A stretch of 33,182 nucleotides of DNA from Piptocephalis cylindrospora (taxonomy: Eukaryota). This document shows positions 1 through 7,937 of this stretch, in pieces; position 1 is the stretch's first letter; each line of letters begins with the position of its first letter. The translations under genes and the position numbers were made by a program. The DNA lies in contig KZ987742.1 of NCBI GenBank assembly GCA_003614145.1, positions 1 to 33,182 of the forward strand, in the 5' to 3' direction. Below the pieces are notes generated by a model, which saw only the letters and a list, made by a program, of their open reading frames with translations, was not told the DNA's origin and ran no database searches.

Positions 1-27
1 TGATCTCTTATGTGGGTTCCACTCACA

Positions 28-70
28 CTGTATGGGCTCTATTTTAAAATATATGTCAATTTTGCAAAAA
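28..70 (+). repeat. Dispersed repeat module A, copy 1 (43 bp; copy 2 at 2508-2550)
   Basis: ctgtatgggctctattttaaaatatatgtcaattttgcaaaaa vs ctgtatgagctctaatttaaaacagatgtcaattttgcaagaa: 38/43 identical, ungapped. Confidence 0.85.
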
Positions 71-450
71 AAACTATGGATGAATGTATTGATACAGATC
101 GGAATTCGGATGATAGCGTTAGTGAATAGAGCAAACCTGTCATCGGATCCAGAGTATGGATTGCGCTCGTACATTCATCCTTTTATATCCATCCTTCACT
201 CCGTGAAGGGGTGGGCATCCTGGATCACACACACATCCATACACACATACACACACATCTCCTACACTCCGTCACACCACACGAGTCGTGTGCCAAACTC
301 GCACACTCAGCCCACACATTCAGTGTGTCGAAGGCACATCCCTTTGCCCTCATTCTAGTTCTTCATCCTCATCCTCAATACTCCCTCTGAGTACTCTGGG
401 GATGCCCCTCTCATATCTAGAGGGATTCATATTCACGACAAAATGTCGGG

Positions 451-509
451 TCACAGCCTACTGTAGACAAGAGGAATTCCCCCATGGTGGGGTGTGCAAG
501 CGATGACTA
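451..509 (+). repeat. Dispersed repeat module B, copy 1 (copy 2 at 5154-5208)
   Basis: tcacagcctactgtagacaagaggaattcccccatggtgg...gcgatgacta aligns with tcacagcctaatgtagatgaggaatccccatagtgag...gcgatgacta. Confidence 0.75.
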
Positions 510-736
510 AGAATCATCACTGTCTCTTTCTCCCCCACCTCCTCCCCCCTCTTTATCCCACATCTCCTCCCTCCATCTTTCTCCCACATCTCCCTCCTTC
601 TCTCACACCATTACCTTTACTCCTAATCATCCCTCTCATTCTCTTATTCATCGACTCCTTTTAATCATCACACACCTTACTGAACACTCCCTCCTCTTCA
701 TCCTATTGAACACCACCTACGCTCTTGAATATAATC

Positions 737-2192
737 ATGCGTCCATCCAACGCCCTCATTTGCCTTGCCATCCCCCTCCTGGCCATTGTGACCGGGATTA
801 TGGCCGCAAGCAAGGACTATGTGCTGAACATTAAAATCAATGGGAACGTCGATGCTTGTATGTATTTGCACTTACAATTCACATGACAGGGAGCATCCTT
901 GACTAAAATGACCTCCTGCTTTAGATTTTGCGGACCTCCAGAAGAACATCTCGTTGGCGAATGGCAGCACGGGCAAAGACAATGCATTCATCAGGAGAAT
1001 CACAATCGGGGACGGGTTCGTCGGAGCACGTGTCAACATGTCGGATACGTTGTATGCCAAGTCGCTTAAGGATTCTCGAGTCGTTAACCTGGGACTGAAC
1101 CGTAATGGAAGCCTGGCCGCGACGATCGTGTCCTGTGGTGTGACGGGCATGAAGTGTCATGTCGACGCGCCTTGGGGATTGGCGTCGCTCAACACTTACA
1201 AAAATGAGTCGTTGCCCCAGGATTACCAGAAGAACTTTACGTACCTTACACGGCACGACGGCAAGGATGTGAATGTGTATGTGCTGGACTCGGGAATTAA
1301 CCCCAACTCGACCGAGTTTGGGTCCCGGCTCTCCATCGGACCCAACTTTAGCACGGACAAGGTATCGGACGACCTGAATGGACACGGGACGTCCATGGCG
1401 TCGATCATCGGCAGCCAGACCTTTGGAGTAGCCAATGGCGTCAATATCACGTCGATCAAGATATTCAATCAGTGGGGAGATAGCACTCATTCGGCGGCCA
1501 TGGAGGCTTTCCAGTGGGTGTGGGAGGATCGGGTAACGACTCCGAGCAAGTACAAGAGATCACTGATCAATCTTTCGGCCATCTTCGAACGAGGTGAAAC
1601 ATTTGATGAGGCCATCAATGCGTACTACCTCCAGAAGCAGATTGACACTCCCACCGACAACGATGGACGGAATCTGCTGGTGCTATCCGCGGGGAACACA
1701 GGGGGCGATGCGTGCAACTACAGCCCGGCCTACGAGGCTAGGACGATGGTAGTGACGGCACATGACCAGAACAAGGAAATCCCCTCTTGGGCCAACAATG
1801 GGGGGAACTGCACGTTCTATGCAGCCCCAGGGCACCGTATTATCTCATTCAACCAGCGATATGAGCTTTCCTCGGGATACGGGACGAGCCAGGCGGCTGC
1901 GTTTGCCTCTGGGGTGCTGGCTAGCCTCCTCAGTGATGCCTTACTGATGAACCAGGAGTCGGGAGACGATTACCCATATTTCCTGATGCCGGATCTCTTT
2001 ATTTATGATAATGGTCCTATGGATATGAAGGATGCACTGACAAAGAAGGCCTCCCGGTACAGCCGATTCGTCCTCCCGTCGGACGAGACCTTATTTCGAA
2101 ACACCGGAAGCGCTACGCCCATTCCCGGATCTCGCCTTGAGGGAAAGTGTGGTGGAAAGCCAGCCAAGACATGCAAATGGCCATGGCAGTGA
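737..2192 (+). CDS. Secreted subtilisin-like serine protease (S8A, proteinase K-like) with signal peptide and I9-like propeptide; exons 737-857 and 925-2192, ~462 aa
   Basis: ATG737 gives MRPSNALICLAIPLLAIVTGIMA (signal peptide). Intron 858-924 (GTATGT...GACTAA...TTAG) joins in frame to ORF 954..2192. Catalytic motifs VYVLDSGI (Asp), DLNGHGTSMASIIG (His), SAGN (oxyanion Asn), GYGTSQAA (Ser). Confidence 0.93.
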
Positions 2193-2507
2193 TGGGCTTG
2201 GTCATGAGGAGGTACACTTGACCATGTGTGGGGTACGTTAGAGATGCGTGTTTCTTAGTGCCCCTATTGACACTGAGGATACACTCATTGGAGGTTTGGC
2301 ATGAATGTGTAATGCGTGTTTGTAGAGATTGACTTGGTTGTGATGAGCATCATTCAGGGTAGCCATCCTTCTCTCCCTCTTTCTTAAAGTCCAAGGAAAA
2401 TCATCTCTATCCATCCCTCTAGCTTATTCTTCCCCATACAATCCCTGTTGGCATGATCGTTTGGCAGAATACATGGGTGCTGCTGATGCGAGAAATTGAA
2501 AAAACCG

Positions 2508-2550
2508 CTGTATGAGCTCTAATTTAAAACAGATGTCAATTTTGCAAGAA
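2508..2550 (+). repeat. Dispersed repeat module A, copy 2
   Basis: 38/43 identical to 28-70. Confidence 0.85.
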
Positions 2551-2590
2551 AAAGAAAATGATGACTGGGAAATAGGCGTGTGTGTGTACC

Positions 2591-2746
2591 TGTGGGTGTC
2601 GGATTACTCCCTCAATGCAAGAGGAGGCGAGCATAAGAGGGAGCAAGGAATGAGAGCATTTCCCATCCTGGGGGGAGGAAGCACCTTGACTCTGCATCTG
2701 ATTGAGAGATCAAGGGAGTAATGAGTATCCATCCCCCCCAGACATT
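2591..2746 (+). repeat. Dispersed repeat module C, copy 1 (~150 bp; copy 2 at 5240-5386)
   Basis: Collinear blocks tgtgggtgt / gaggag..gagcata.ga.ggagcaagg / gcatttccca.cctggggga / gcaccttg..ctgcatct / ttgaga..caagggag shared with 5240-5386; roughly three-quarters identical by eye. Confidence 0.85.
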
Positions 2747-2819
2747 CACGGTCCCCACCGTGCACAAAGCATAGCGAGAGGAGGCCTTGAGGCACACATG
2801 TGATGAGGGGGATCTACAA

Positions 2820-2936
2820 TATAGTGGGGTCAATCGCCGACATAAGGGATCAGCCTATGGTGGGGTCAATCGTCGACACAAGGGATCAGTTTATGGTGAG
2901 ATCATCGCCGACACAAGGGATCAGCCTATAATGGGG
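2820..2936 (+). repeat. 36-bp minisatellite, ~3.3 tandem copies
   Basis: Unit tatggtggggtcaatcgccgacacaagggatcagcc at 2820-2855, 2856-2891, 2892-2926 (35 bp), partial 2927-2936; no spacers. Confidence 0.92.
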
Positions 2937-3020
2937 ACAGGCGCGTGGGAAGAAGAGTAGATGCCCAAGAGAGGATGGGATAAAAGGAAGGAATGGGAGG
3001 GGAAGATGAAACCGAGTTGG

Positions 3021-3047
3021 GGAGAGAGGATCTTTGATCCTCTCTCC
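3021..3047. other. Perfect inverted repeat/hairpin (12-bp stem, 3-nt loop)
   Basis: GGAGAGAGGATC-TTT-GATCCTCTCTCC. Confidence 0.9.
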
Positions 3048-3051
3048 TTAT

Positions 3052-3124
3052 ATCATCCCTCCCATTCCATCACCCTAATCATCCCTCCCATTCCATCATC
3101 CTAATCATCCCTCCCATTCCATCA
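3052..3124 (+). repeat. 26-bp minisatellite, ~3 tandem copies
   Basis: Unit atcatccctcccattccatca(c/t)ccta starting at 3052, 3078 and 3104. Confidence 0.92.
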
Positions 3125-3206
3125 AATCTACCAGGAAATCGGATATAAAACACAAACGCACGGTTTCCTCGAAACACTCACAGCTATAACTGAAGCTATT
3201 ATTATC

Positions 3207-4787
3207 ATGTTCGCAACGAGCTTAGCATGGTTCACACTTGAGGGCATTGCCTTCAGTATTGCTGTGGGAGTACTATTGCGCGAGGCAATAGTTCTGGCGG
3301 GAGTCTTCATGACAGACCATAGGATCATAATGGCGGGGACATTGAATAGAGGTGGACAGTTGAGGGAGATGTGGAGTACCGCTACTAGATGGTGGCTGGG
3401 CGTAGTGTCTAGCGGCTTTGTTATCCTAGCCGTACCAGCCCTTCTTAGCATCCTAGTTCCAGTGGGATTTCAAGCGATTGTGCGGCCTTCTCACCGAATG
3501 AGGCGCGGTAGCGTCGATACCCTGGGCGGTTTAGTGGCGGACGGCATGTCTCGAGGAACGTATTTCTCTATACTTAGGAGATCCATGGACAGTGACAACG
3601 CAGTATGGGGGACCGGGGTTACTGATTCTGGGCCCGAAGTACAGCGTCCTTGTACGGGGAGCCGTTTTCGAGCGACCGAATGGGAGTTCCCGTCGTCGTC
3701 ATCCTTTGCGCCGAGCTCACTACCAACATTTCAGTCCGCCAGCTTTAAGAATCAAACGATAACTTCGGAAGCACCGTTGCTAGATACTTTTTACCATGGT
3801 AGCGACGATATCGGGGTATGTCTGACAACGCCCGGCGGTACTCATCTCGTCGGGACGGCAGTTTTCACGAGTGGTAGACCCGGCCCAGAGATCTCGCGGC
3901 AGTCTAGTCTTTTGAAGGGGTCCGGTACTACTTATAGGTATGGCTACTTTATCGAGAGCCAAGGGGCGAAAACGCTTGACGTCTTGACCAGGGAGGTCGT
4001 CGGGTCTCCTGCTGAGGTGGATTTCTCCATATTCAAAGTCGGAGAGATATCGGAGGAGTTTAGGAGTGGCCTGAAGAGCTGGGAGGGTAATGGAACACGA
4101 GGATTATCCGAATCGGTCGCAGCCCCGGAGTGGACGGCTTTCAACACCGCTCTAATGATGATGTCGAGCGGGGTGCCACAGGTGTGGGTGAGGTCAAGTA
4201 AGGTCTGGGTGCGGTCGGTCGCCCACGTGACTACTATCCCGTCCTCAGAGTGGAGGAGCCGAGGATCTGGCGTTGACTTGGGCAAGAGAGCAATCCCAAC
4301 GCATGGGTCGTACGATTTTCGGGGCGAGCTATGGGAGAAATGGCTCGAATTCCCCCCGATCCTCAGGGGGGGAGAAGTCTACTTGTCGGGGAATTCTACC
4401 GAGCTGGCGGAGAGTGGGTGGCCGGCCTCCTATGCCCCGGTTCGGGTCGACGGTTTTGAGCTTGAGGACTGGGCGTTTTGGATTGGCTGGGGGGTTGTGC
4501 TCTTAGCTGTCCTGGTCTGGGGGGCAGCTGAGGTTGCACCCCTTCCGCCACTATGGAGGGTTCTGCGACGCAACGCGCTGGCGGTGGTGCTAGATGCAGC
4601 GCCCGGCAAGGCGACGAACTGTCTGTCGGGCGGAAGGCCAACAGCCTTGCGCATAGCGGATGTTCGGGGAGGCACTCATGCTGCGTTACTGTTAGACGGC
4701 GAAGAGGTTACAACGGTTCCGTGCGGCCCGTTGGGTATGATCAAATCCAATACTGGCAGTGGGAGGCTGGATTCTAGTTCAAGCTGA
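3207..4787 (+). CDS. Uncharacterised intronless membrane protein, 526 aa (2 N-terminal TM segments, large probable luminal/extracellular domain, 1 C-terminal TM)
   Basis: 1.58-kb open frame. Start context attatcATG resembles SAH1 (atcatcATG) and the subtilisin (ataatcATG). TATAAAA at 3144-3150. Hydrophobic stretches near aa 8-34, 62-88 and 422-442; N-X-S/T sites NQT, NGT, NST in the loop. No family recognised. Confidence 0.75.
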   Translation: MFATSLAWFTLEGIAFSIAVGVLLREAIVLAGVFMTDHRIIMAGTLNRGGQLREMWSTATRWWLGVVSSGFVILAVPALLSILVPVGFQAIVRPSHRMRRGSVDTLGGLVADGMSRGTYFSILRRSMDSDNAVWGTGVTDSGPEVQRPCTGSRFRATEWEFPSSSSFAPSSLPTFQSASFKNQTITSEAPLLDTFYHGSDDIGVCLTTPGGTHLVGTAVFTSGRPGPEISRQSSLLKGSGTTYRYGYFIESQGAKTLDVLTREVVGSPAEVDFSIFKVGEISEEFRSGLKSWEGNGTRGLSESVAAPEWTAFNTALMMMSSGVPQVWVRSSKVWVRSVAHVTTIPSSEWRSRGSGVDLGKRAIPTHGSYDFRGELWEKWLEFPPILRGGEVYLSGNSTELAESGWPASYAPVRVDGFELEDWAFWIGWGVVLLAVLVWGAAEVAPLPPLWRVLRRNALAVVLDAAPGKATNCLSGGRPTALRIADVRGGTHAALLLDGEEVTTVPCGPLGMIKSNTGSGRLDSSSS

Positions 4788-5153
4788 AGATCGACGGGGC
4801 AAAGAGGATCTGTTGCATGATCGTCTGAAGAAAGTGTATGTTGAGGTAAGAAGCGAGATACACGAATGGGGATGAGGAAAGGAGAAAGGAAATTAGGGAG
4901 ATAGCGGGAGAGGAAGAAGGATAAAAAAAGACGCAGGACAGGAGATGGGCAAAGAAGGAGACGAAAGAAGGAGGAGACCAAGGAGGAGGAGGAAAGAAAG
5001 AGTGAGGTAGTAGAAAGGAAAGGGAGCAGCGCTGTAAGAGGAGGCAAAGGACAACAATCCTGAAGGGCTTCCACTTGGGTAAAAATTGTCGGATTTTCAC
5101 GATGTGAAAGGAACTTGAAGGGGGAATATGTTGGGTCGGGTTGGGTAGTTACA

Positions 5154-5386
5154 TCACAGCCTAATGTAGATGAGGAATCCCCATAGTGAGATCCACAGGC
5201 GATGACTACACGTAGATGTATAGATGTTTATTGTGCGTGTGTGGGTGTTCTCAGTATGAGAGGAGATGAGCATAGGAAGGAGCAAGGGAAGGGGGCATTT
5301 CCCACCCTGGGGGATAGGCACCTTGGTCCTGCATCTCGTTGAGAAGCCAAGGGAGAGTAAAAGAGCATTCATTCCCCTAGCCATTT
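5154..5386 (+). repeat. Composite copy of repeat modules B (5154-5208) and C (5240-5386)
   Basis: Aligns to 451-509 and to 2591-2746 in the same orientation. Confidence 0.8.
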
Positions 5387-5670
5387 TCGAATCCCATTGC
5401 ATTCAGGAGACTGAAAGATGGGAGGATGAGGAAGGCGTGGGATATTTGTGTGATATGTGATCCATGGGGTACTGTTTGGTGAAAGGAATCAACGCATGGA
5501 GGTGGCAAGCCGATGTTCCAAATTTCCAATAGCAGAGTTGTGCCCTCTGTACCTACGGATGCTGTCATATTTCGCTTTATCCCTCCATCCAAGATAAATA
5601 CCGCCGTTTTGGTAGATATTACATTTTGGCCATTTGCTTCAATATTTTTAGCATAACATGCAAAGATAAG

Positions 5671-5850
5671 GTGCCACAGTGGTTGCCATCGCCGCCTGGT
5701 GTGCCGTTTTGCGCGCAAAACGGGTAAAAAAATGGTTTTTCAAGTCAAGTCTAGATAAAGTGCCACAGGACCTATTTCCACACTTTTGAAATGTCCCTTG
5801 GGTGTGTGTTTCCCCATGACAATAAATTTTTATACAAGAAAGTGCCACAG
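5671..5850. promoter_or_regulatory. Candidate upstream element cluster: 3x GTGCCACAG plus a 20-bp palindrome
   Basis: GTGCCACAG at 5671, 5760 and 5842 (first two preceded by AGATAA); CCGTTTTGCGCGCAAAACGG at 5704-5723. Function is inferred. Confidence 0.45.
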
Positions 5851-6212
5851 GAAAGCACGCCACCACTGACCTCTCACATGTCCCGGCCAGAGTCATGCCG
5901 ATGGCTGGGGAACAGGTGTGAGCGATGGGGTAAAGTGTGAGGTGGTGTGGTCGTTGACATGAACAGCGGGCCAAAAAAGGGATCATGACAGATAGACTAT
6001 TGTGGGCGCTCTTTCCTACTGAGCATGAGCATAAGCAACATCAAAAAAAAACATAGTAGTCTCCTCCTAGTGAGCAGAGAGAAGGGTGAGAATGACTAAC
6101 GAGATGGCTCTCATTTGGTATGTAAGCTCTCCCGCCCCCGCTGTGATGGCGGCCTGTGGTGGGGTCCAGAAGGAGGAGGGGGGGAGAGAAAGGGTATGAC
6201 AGGTTGGACAGG

Positions 6213-6252
6213 CCAATCAGCCCATTCGCTGGTACTGGTGATGGGTATAAAA
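6213..6252 (+). promoter_or_regulatory. Putative CCAAT and TATA boxes of SAH1
   Basis: CCAAT at 6213-6217 and TATAAAA at 6246-6252, followed by a CT-rich tract before ATG6374. Confidence 0.55.
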
Positions 6253-6373
6253 AAAGCATCCAACCTTTTCCTCCTCCCTCACGTCCTCTCCCCTTTTGTT
6301 TCTTCGCGTCCCTTGTTACTTCATTTTCCCTTCCTCATTAAGCCTCCCCCTTTTCACATACTCCATTATCATC

Positions 6374-7666
6374 ATGTCTTACAAGGTTGCTGACATCTCC
6401 CTGGCCGAGTTTGGCCGTAAGGAAATTACGATCGCCGAGACCGAGATGCCCGGCCTCATGAGCCTCCGTGCCCAGTACGGTGACAAGAAGCCTTTGACCG
6501 GTGCCCGTATCGCCGGATGTCTGCACATGACTGTGCAGACCGCCGTCCTCATCGAGACCCTCACCTGTCTCGGTGCCGAGGTCACCTGGTCCTCCTGCAA
6601 CATCTTCTCCACCCAGGATCACGCCGCTGCTGCCATCGCTGTCACCGGTGTCCCCGTCTTTGCCTGGAAGGGAGAGACCGACGAGGAATACCTCTGGTGC
6701 ATTGACCAGTCCCTGTCCGCTTTCAAGGATGGCAAGCACCTGAACCTCATCCTCGATGACGGTGGTGATCTCACCAACCTCGTCCACGAGAAGTACCCCC
6801 AGTACCTCCCCGGGATCCGCGGTCTTTCCGAGGAGACCACCACCGGTGTCCACCATCTCTACGCCATGCTCCGTGAGGGTCGCCTTAAGGTCCCCGCCAT
6901 TAATGTGAATGACTCGGTCACCAAGTCCAAGTTCGATAACTTTTACGGCTGCCGCGAGTCTCTTATTGACGGAATCAAGCGCGCTACTGACATTATGATC
7001 GCCGGTAAGGTCGTCGTCGTCGCCGGGTACGGTGATGTCGGTAAGGGTTGTACCGCTGCTCTTCGTGGTATGGGCGCCCGTGTCCTGGTCACCGAGATCG
7101 ATCCCATTAACGCTCTTCAGGCCGCCATGGAGGGTTACGAGGTCACCACCATGGAGGCTGCCGTTAAGGAGGGCAACATTTACGTTACCACCACCGGTTG
7201 CCGCGACATCCTCACCGGTTCCCACATGGCCGCCATGAAGGATGAAGCTATCATCTGTAACATCGGCCACTTTGACGTCGAGATCGACGTTGCCTGGCTC
7301 AAGGCCAACGCTACCTCCATTGTCAACATCAAGCCCCAGGTTGATCAGTATACCCTTCCCACTGGCAACCGTCTGATCCTCCTTGCCGAAGGCCGTCTTG
7401 TCAACCTGGCCTGTGCCACCGGCCATCCTTCCTTCGTTATGTCCAACTCCTTTTCCAACCAGGTTCTTGCTCAGATTGCTCTGTGGACCGACATCGCCTC
7501 TTACCCTCTTGGAGTCCACATGCTCCCCAAGAAGCTGGATGAGGAGGTCGCCGCTGCCCATCTCAGCAAACTCGGTGTCAACCTTACCCGTCTCACCGAT
7601 GTCCAGGCCAAGTACCTCGGTATCTCCCCCGAGGGCCCCTACAAGCCCGAACACTACCGTTATTAG
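6374..7666 (+). CDS. SAH1: S-adenosyl-L-homocysteine hydrolase (adenosylhomocysteinase), 430 aa, intronless
   Basis: [79 protein letters not shown]-terminal [10 protein letters not shown]; strong codon bias. Confidence 0.99.
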   Translation: MSYKVADISLAEFGRKEITIAETEMPGLMSLRAQYGDKKPLTGARIAGCLHMTVQTAVLIETLTCLGAEVTWSSCNIFSTQDHAAAAIAVTGVPVFAWKGETDEEYLWCIDQSLSAFKDGKHLNLILDDGGDLTNLVHEKYPQYLPGIRGLSEETTTGVHHLYAMLREGRLKVPAINVNDSVTKSKFDNFYGCRESLIDGIKRATDIMIAGKVVVVAGYGDVGKGCTAALRGMGARVLVTEIDPINALQAAMEGYEVTTMEAAVKEGNIYVTTTGCRDILTGSHMAAMKDEAIICNIGHFDVEIDVAWLKANATSIVNIKPQVDQYTLPTGNRLILLAEGRLVNLACATGHPSFVMSNSFSNQVLAQIALWTDIASYPLGVHMLPKKLDEEVAAAHLSKLGVNLTRLTDVQAKYLGISPEGPYKPEHYRY

Positions 7667-7937
7667 GAATCTTATTCTCTGAATGGGCTCAATATGTGTG
7701 TGTGTGTGTCTCTGAAAGAGGTGAGCTTAAAAATACCTGACGACGAATGCTTCTTCTCTCGAGATGCGGAATGATGTGTAGAGGTGTGATGAGGAGGGAA
7801 AAAAAAGGGACGTGCATACAATTGATCTTGATTCTCTCCTTCCTCATCCTGACCATGCCTTTCTTTTATCAGATGATATTGGTAATATTGTAAATAAATA
7901 CTGCCATCATCATCCGTTCCAATCCCCATCACCTCCT

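Noticed and set aside
2820..2936. 36-bp repeats as a CRISPR array
   Set aside because: Units are head-to-tail with no unique spacers, there are no cas genes, and the context is eukaryotic.
4676..5100. Hydrophobic minus-strand ORFs (132 and 108 aa)
   Set aside because: Translation of a GA-rich tract yields spurious Phe/Leu/Ser runs.
2591..5386. Direct repeats as LTRs of a retrotransposon
   Set aside because: No TG...CA termini, primer-binding site or target-site duplication identified, and no gag/RT/integrase motifs in the enclosed ORF; kept only as an unexplained cassette.
6338..7654. 438-aa antisense ORF over SAH1
   Set aside because: Codon-register mirror of a highly biased gene; avoidance of TTA/CTA/TCA codons removes antisense stops. 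No protein motifs.
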